Of a stretch of 64,000 nt of DNA, positions 59,534 to 64,000 are shown in pieces. A model generated the notes under the pieces. It worked only from the letters and a program-made list of their open reading frames with translations. It ran no database searches and was not told where the DNA came from. Within the stretch, counting starts at the first letter, position 1. Each line of letters begins with the position of its first letter. The translations under genes and the position numbers were made by a program. Origin of the DNA: a bacterium (lineage in GTDB: Bacteria; Zhuqueibacterota; Zhuqueibacteria; Zhuqueibacterales; Zhuqueibacteraceae); assembly GCA_044869275.1 (NCBI GenBank), contig JBIOXB010000139.1, forward strand, positions 71,890 to 135,889, in the 5' to 3' direction.

Positions 59534-59698
59534 CCGACTTATTCAGAGGTTTTTCAGAGGCAGTTTTTTATACTCCTTTGACCACGGATGCCACGGATTA
59601 GGCGGATTTTCGCGGATTTTAGTTCTCTTGATTCAAGGGTAAGCATAGAGCTTTTGATCAGAAAAATCAGTGTGAATCCGCGTTATCCGTGTTCTAAA
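59534..59698. mobile_element. MITE/REP-like element, same family as 42175-42355
   Basis: Shared TTTGACCACGGATG...GATTAGGCGGATTTTCGCGGATTTTAGT and AAAAATCAGTGTGAATCCGCGT. Confidence 0.75.
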
Positions 59699-59741
59699 TC
59701 GCGACTATGAAACGCGCCGAGAAGCAGAGTTAAGACAATTT

Positions 59742-59968
59742 CCAATAAGATCCTTCCCCTTGATCCGCGGCGTTGAAGACCTGCAGCACGCCCGGCGAAC
59801 AAGAGGTTGCACTCCTGCCCGAATAGTTCCCTCCTGTAAAATCAAAATCGTTTGAAACTCTAGCGCCAATTTGAAATGCGGCAGTGCTACGAATGGGCCT
59901 CCGGAAAAGCCTTGCTCGAGGTGATATGGTTGATAGGATGTCTACATCTGGAAGCAACGCAGATTGAG
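59742..59968. repeat. Diverged ~226-bp direct repeat, copy A
   Basis: Hand alignment to 61391-61616 gives about 73% identity with one 1-bp gap. Confidence 0.85.
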
Positions 59969-60139
59969 AGAGCTGTCTGTACATAAGATTTTGCGCACGA
60001 CCACGTTTAGGTACTTGTCTGCATGGCTCAAGTCCAACGAAACGGTAATGCTCCAATGTCTCGGCATTACGTTTGATGATGCCCTTACGCAGGGGGCTCG
60101 GTCCATGGAGTTTTTAAACTTTGCTTTTGAGGATGACAA

Positions 60140-61189
60140 ATGCCCTTAGCTGAAAAAAGAACTTCCAAAAGTCGACTATCAATTGAAGCAGCTCTTTCCA
60201 AGAAAGAAATCCAGCAGCTGATAGCGGATAAGGGCCTCAGGACCCTGCAATGCTCCACACCAGTTCAACCGCAAACCTGGGACCTATTGAACAATCAATT
60301 TTTCCCCGTGCGGTCGGAGGTTGAGCTAAGAGTCTACGGGTTTTACTCGCTCGTCTGTGATCTTCGCTTTACCTCCGAAATGACGAATGTTCGTCATTTC
60401 TCCGCAGATTGTTTAGGAGATGCAGTCGGAATAGAGCAAATAACAGCGATGGAAAAGCTCGAATCTCTGGGAATAGGCATCTATCACCTGCAAGACTTCG
60501 AGTTTCTCACGCAGATTTCTCCACAATTGAAGCGGCTATTTCTTGGAGTAACCAAATCAAAACAACCCGATTTGTCGCCGCTCAGCAGATTTACTTCACT
60601 CCAGGAAATTCATCTGGAAGGGCAACAAAAGAACATTGAGGTTTTGTCGCAACTCAGAGATTTACAGCAGGTCACGCTAAGATCCATCAGCACGCCCGGC
60701 ATTGGTTATTTGACGCCGTTACAACGCATGTGGTCTTTGGACATAAAGTTGGGTGGGATCAAAGATTTGTATGCTATTGAAGGGATGGAAAACATCAAAT
60801 ATCTCGAACTATGGCAGGTGAGGGCATTATCCGATATCGGCGTCATCTCCAGCTTGACGGAATTACAGCATCTTTTCCTCCAATCACTTCGATCGATAAC
60901 GGCTTTACCTTCTTTCATGCGACTCAAAAAACTGAAACGCATTTCTTTGGAAAATATGAAGGGCCTTAAAGACGTTAGCACCCTTGAGCATGCACCGGCT
61001 TTAGAAGAATTTGTTCACATCGCTGCTGACAATATGCAACCTGAAGATTACGTGCCATTGCTGCGCAATCCACATTTGAAGCGGATATGCGTTGGATTTG
61101 GCAGCAAAAAGAAAAATAATCGGTTTAAGGATCTTTTGCAGGAATATCAAATCCAATCGTTTGTCCCGGGTGTATTTGAATTTGTATAA
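60140..61189 (+). CDS. Stand-alone leucine-rich repeat protein
   Basis: About ten LxxLxL repeats of about 22 aa (e.g. LSRFTSLQEIHL, LSQLRDLQQVTL); no signal peptide; GAGG RBS. Confidence 0.88.
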   Translation: MPLAEKRTSKSRLSIEAALSKKEIQQLIADKGLRTLQCSTPVQPQTWDLLNNQFFPVRSEVELRVYGFYSLVCDLRFTSEMTNVRHFSADCLGDAVGIEQITAMEKLESLGIGIYHLQDFEFLTQISPQLKRLFLGVTKSKQPDLSPLSRFTSLQEIHLEGQQKNIEVLSQLRDLQQVTLRSISTPGIGYLTPLQRMWSLDIKLGGIKDLYAIEGMENIKYLELWQVRALSDIGVISSLTELQHLFLQSLRSITALPSFMRLKKLKRISLENMKGLKDVSTLEHAPALEEFVHIAADNMQPEDYVPLLRNPHLKRICVGFGSKKKNNRFKDLLQEYQIQSFVPGVFEFV

Positions 61190-61390
61190 AAAGCGGCTAC
61201 TGACACGCTGAGCGATACAAAGCCGCAAAGGATCGCCAAAGCCCAAGCTTGTCATTCAGAAGGAATCCTGGTCAGTGCCGTTGACGGCGCTCGTAACAAA
61301 TAACAATTAACCTGGTTTCGACAGATCTGATGATTACCTGCATCCGTTGGGTTTTTCCCGAAGCCTCGGAACAAGTTCTATCCCTTGGCG

Positions 61391-61616
61391 CCAATAAAAT
61401 CTTTCCCGGTGAACCGCGGCGTTGAAAACCAGCAACACGCCCGGCAAACAAAATACTACACACCTCCCAAAATATTTCGTTGCCTAAAATCAAAAACGTT
61501 TGAAACGCCGGCAACAAGTCGAAATGTGGAAGTGTTACAATTAAGCCCGCGGCAACGCCTTGTTCGTGACGACATGGCAGACAAAATACCCAAATCTGCA
61601 AATTACGCAGATTGAG
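61391..61616. repeat. Diverged ~226-bp direct repeat, copy B
   Basis: Aligns to copy A at 59742-59968 (about 73% identity by hand). Confidence 0.85.
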
Positions 61617-61667
61617 TGAAATGATTATATGTAGAAATTTGGTGACTATTCACCTTAAAAAAAAGAA

Positions 61668-61756
61668 ATGTACACGGATTTAGCGGATTAAACGGAAGTG
61701 ATTCACACAAAAAGGTTTTTGAAATCCGCTTTATCCGTTCAATCCGCTTACAAAAA
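61668..61756. repeat. REP-like palindrome with 9-bp units (related copy at about 57480-57560)
   Basis: CACGGATTTAGCGGATTAAACGGA answered by ATCCGCTTTATCCGTTCAATCCGCT. Confidence 0.6.
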
Positions 61757-61999
61757 CTGGAGCTGAATTGTTACGAAATTTGCATATGGTTACATTTGGA
61801 AACTTGTCCGAAGAAGTTTCCATGTATAGAAATAAGTTTCTATATCTGGCCATGTGCGAGGAAAGAAGTATCTTCGTCGGAACCGCGTTAGCAGCAGCCA
61901 TATACAGCGTTATTGGGGTCAAGCCAAGTAACCGGTCCTCGAGAATTCCAATAAGGTGTACCTCGAGGTTGATTGGATCAATCGTAAGCGAGGAGAGTC

Positions 62000-64000
62000 A
62001 TGAAGTTACAATTTGATTCAGATACATTCCCGAAAGCAATTAAACACCTTTTCGAGCTAAATCACTATGAAGTGACTGGGCCGATTCAAATTCATGGCGC
62101 TGAGATCGACTTAGTGGCAGAACCCCAATTTGACCCTTTTGCCAGTCCGATATATATTGAAGCAACCATTGAGTATGTTGATAATGAAAAATATGGAAAG
62201 GATGTTGGTAAACTCGCCATGATAGGAGAGTTGAAGCCTAACGCTCAAAGACTTATAGTGTCTGCAAAAGGCTTTTCTTTGCCAGTACGTGAGCGTGCGC
62301 AGCAAACCCGTATCCTTACGCTTACTTACGATGAGTTATTTTCGAAATTTGAAAAATTCGAGCCATATATAAACCAATTGGGCGATGCCGCAACCCTTGG
62401 CCAAGAGCTCTTGAAATTGAATATGGTTTACGAGGAGCCCTATTTTGATGATACGCTGGGTAAAGACCAAGCGACTCAATACCTAACCACTTGGCGAGAT
62501 CAACCGAAACCTGATAATAGGTGGCTTATAATTATCGGCGAGTATGGTACCGGTAAAACCGCCCTTACAAAGGTACTTCAGTATCGATGGTTAAGTGAAT
62601 ATATAAAGGATCCGTCCAAGCCTATTCCTTTTCGGATGGAACTTAGAGACTTCACCAAGCAATTTGACGCCAGTGGTTTGTTACACCATTTCCTGGACCA
62701 CAACAAACTTGGACATATTCCAATTGATTTTGTTTTTTCACTTATTCGTTCTGGTCGCGTCGTTTTGCTTCTGGATGGCTATGATGAGATGGCTCAGTAT
62801 CTTCATGCCAGAGAACGCCGTATTTGCCTCGAAGCATTGGCACAGTTGTCGGCTGAGGGTGCGCGTGGAATTCTTACCAGTAGACCAAACTACTTCACTG
62901 AAGCCGAAGAATTACAGGTCTTTGAAATACTCTACTCATCCCTCGATTACGGCAAGTACTACTTATCTTCTGCCGACCAAGATCTTGTTCGCCGCGAAGC
63001 CGAGGTTGATCAATTACTCAAGATTTTTTTAGACCGATATGAGAGGAATCTTAAGGACTTAACCCCCGAGCAAACTGAAGCGTTGGTAAACCGAGTGTTA
63101 GAGCACGATTCTAAAGGACGTGAAGTTGTTCTAAATGTTTTACATCGCATTTTTAGAGGCGTGGAAGTAGGGGCTGAACTATCACTATCTGGGAAGCCAG
63201 TTATAATCAGTTATCTACTGGAGGTTGTTGAAGGACTGAAGGAGCAAGTTGGTAAAGAGCCCAAATCACTACCCTCTATAACTGAATGGGGTATCTACAA
63301 ACTGATAGTGGATCAACTAATGCTCCGCGACTATAGACGCTCAAGCTTTATTTTGCCTGGCGCGAGGCGTCGTTTTTTGCAGAAAATGGCTGTCATGTTG
63401 TCGCACAAAGATAAACCATACATTGACCAAGTTTCTTTCTATGATTTGATCCATCAATCATTTGGGCAACAAATTCGTCGGCTACCTCAGGAATCTCGTC
63501 AACAAGAAACCGAACGATATTTTGCTGACCTACGTACTTCTGCTACGCTGACGCGAGCTGAAATTTTATCCGGAGCTGCGTGGAAGTATTCACACAATTC
63601 TCTACGAGAATTTCTAGCTACGGAGCAATTGATTCATAATCTTGAGAGCGGAGTGATTGTCGAAGATCATGTTCCTATCTCAGATCCAATGAGGCTTTTT
63701 GTACGTTCAAAGGAACAAAAAGAAATCGCAAATTTGGTCTTAGCCCTGAAAAAGCACTGGGCAGACCGGAGCAATTCCAGAGGTTTTGGTCAGTTGCTCA
63801 CGCTACTTTTTGACGCTGCGGTTCGTCTACATGCATCATCGAATGATCCTATCAGAGATGCAATAGCGAACATAACTGGGTCAACAATTAGCTTAAGCGG
63901 CATCGAGATTGCTCGCCTCACATTCTCAACCGAGCAGAAACCGACCGACCTATCTGGTGCTGTTTTTTCGGATAGCTCCATTTATGACTGCAGTTTTATC
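62000..64000 (+). CDS. REase-like domain - NACHT NTPase - pentapeptide-repeat protein, 3'-partial (not in ORF track)
   Basis: Translated by hand from ATG 62000 (AGGAG RBS), open to the window end: EIDLV..YIEAT and IVSAKGFS (Mrr-like), Walker A GEYGTGKT, Walker B LLLDGYDE, LTSRP, YSHNSLREF, then DLSGAVFSDSSIYDCSF. Confidence 0.88.
   Translation, partial: MKLQFDSDTFPKAIKHLFELNHYEVTGPIQIHGAEIDLVAEPQFDPFASPIYIEATIEYVDNEKYGKDVGKLAMIGELKPNAQRLIVSAKGFSLPVRERAQQTRILTLTYDELFSKFEKFEPYINQLGDAATLGQELLKLNMVYEEPYFDDTLGKDQATQYLTTWRDQPKPDNRWLIIIGEYGTGKTALTKVLQYRWLSEYIKDPSKPIPFRMELRDFTKQFDASGLLHHFLDHNKLGHIPIDFVFSLIRSGRVVLLLDGYDEMAQYLHARERRICLEALAQLSAEGARGILTSRPNYFTEAEELQVFEILYSSLDYGKYYLSSADQDLVRREAEVDQLLKIFLDRYERNLKDLTPEQTEALVNRVLEHDSKGREVVLNVLHRIFRGVEVGAELSLSGKPVIISYLLEVVEGLKEQVGKEPKSLPSITEWGIYKLIVDQLMLRDYRRSSFILPGARRRFLQKMAVMLSHKDKPYIDQVSFYDLIHQSFGQQIRRLPQESRQQETERYFADLRTSATLTRAEILSGAAWKYSHNSLREFLATEQLIHNLESGVIVEDHVPISDPMRLFVRSKEQKEIANLVLALKKHWADRSNSRGFGQLLTLLFDAAVRLHASSNDPIRDAIANITGSTISLSGIEIARLTFSTEQKPTDLSGAVFSDSSIYDCSFI

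Noticed and set aside
59742..61616. DGR template/variable repeat pair
   Set aside because: Only about 26 of 61 mismatches fall on adenines of the A-rich copy, neither copy lies in a target gene 3' end, and no reverse transcriptase is in the window.

Overview
Bacterial chromosomal window, mostly GC-rich with AT-richer patches. FlgD/T9SS-type C-terminal tails, PorV- and PorT-like genes and a hybrid two-component system suggest an FCB-superphylum organism such as candidate division KSB1 (inference). Housekeeping genes include a UvrD-nuclease plus an Mre11/Rad50-like pair, a MATE exporter, sixA, an ATP-grasp/carboxylate-amine ligase/aminopeptidase operon, GH31, recQ, a sulfurtransferase, DinB and msrA. 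The most unusual region is about 9.1-19.7 kb. It holds a trypsin-like serine protease-TM-lytic transglycosylase fusion and three uncharacterised proteins sharing a C-terminal beta-sandwich-like motif (one with an HhH domain). It also has a sigma54-like promoter preceded by five TTGGAAATC boxes and a divergent membrane-anchored CHASE2-sigma54 activator. The right end carries a stand-alone LRR gene between two diverged ~226-bp direct repeats, then an REase-NACHT-pentapeptide gene that runs off the window and is absent from the ORF track. Intergenic space holds several families of palindromic MITE/REP-like repeats, and several genes appear collapsed by internal deletions. No rRNA, tRNA, CRISPR array or intact transposase was recognised. 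All family assignments come from motif recognition by eye, not database searches.
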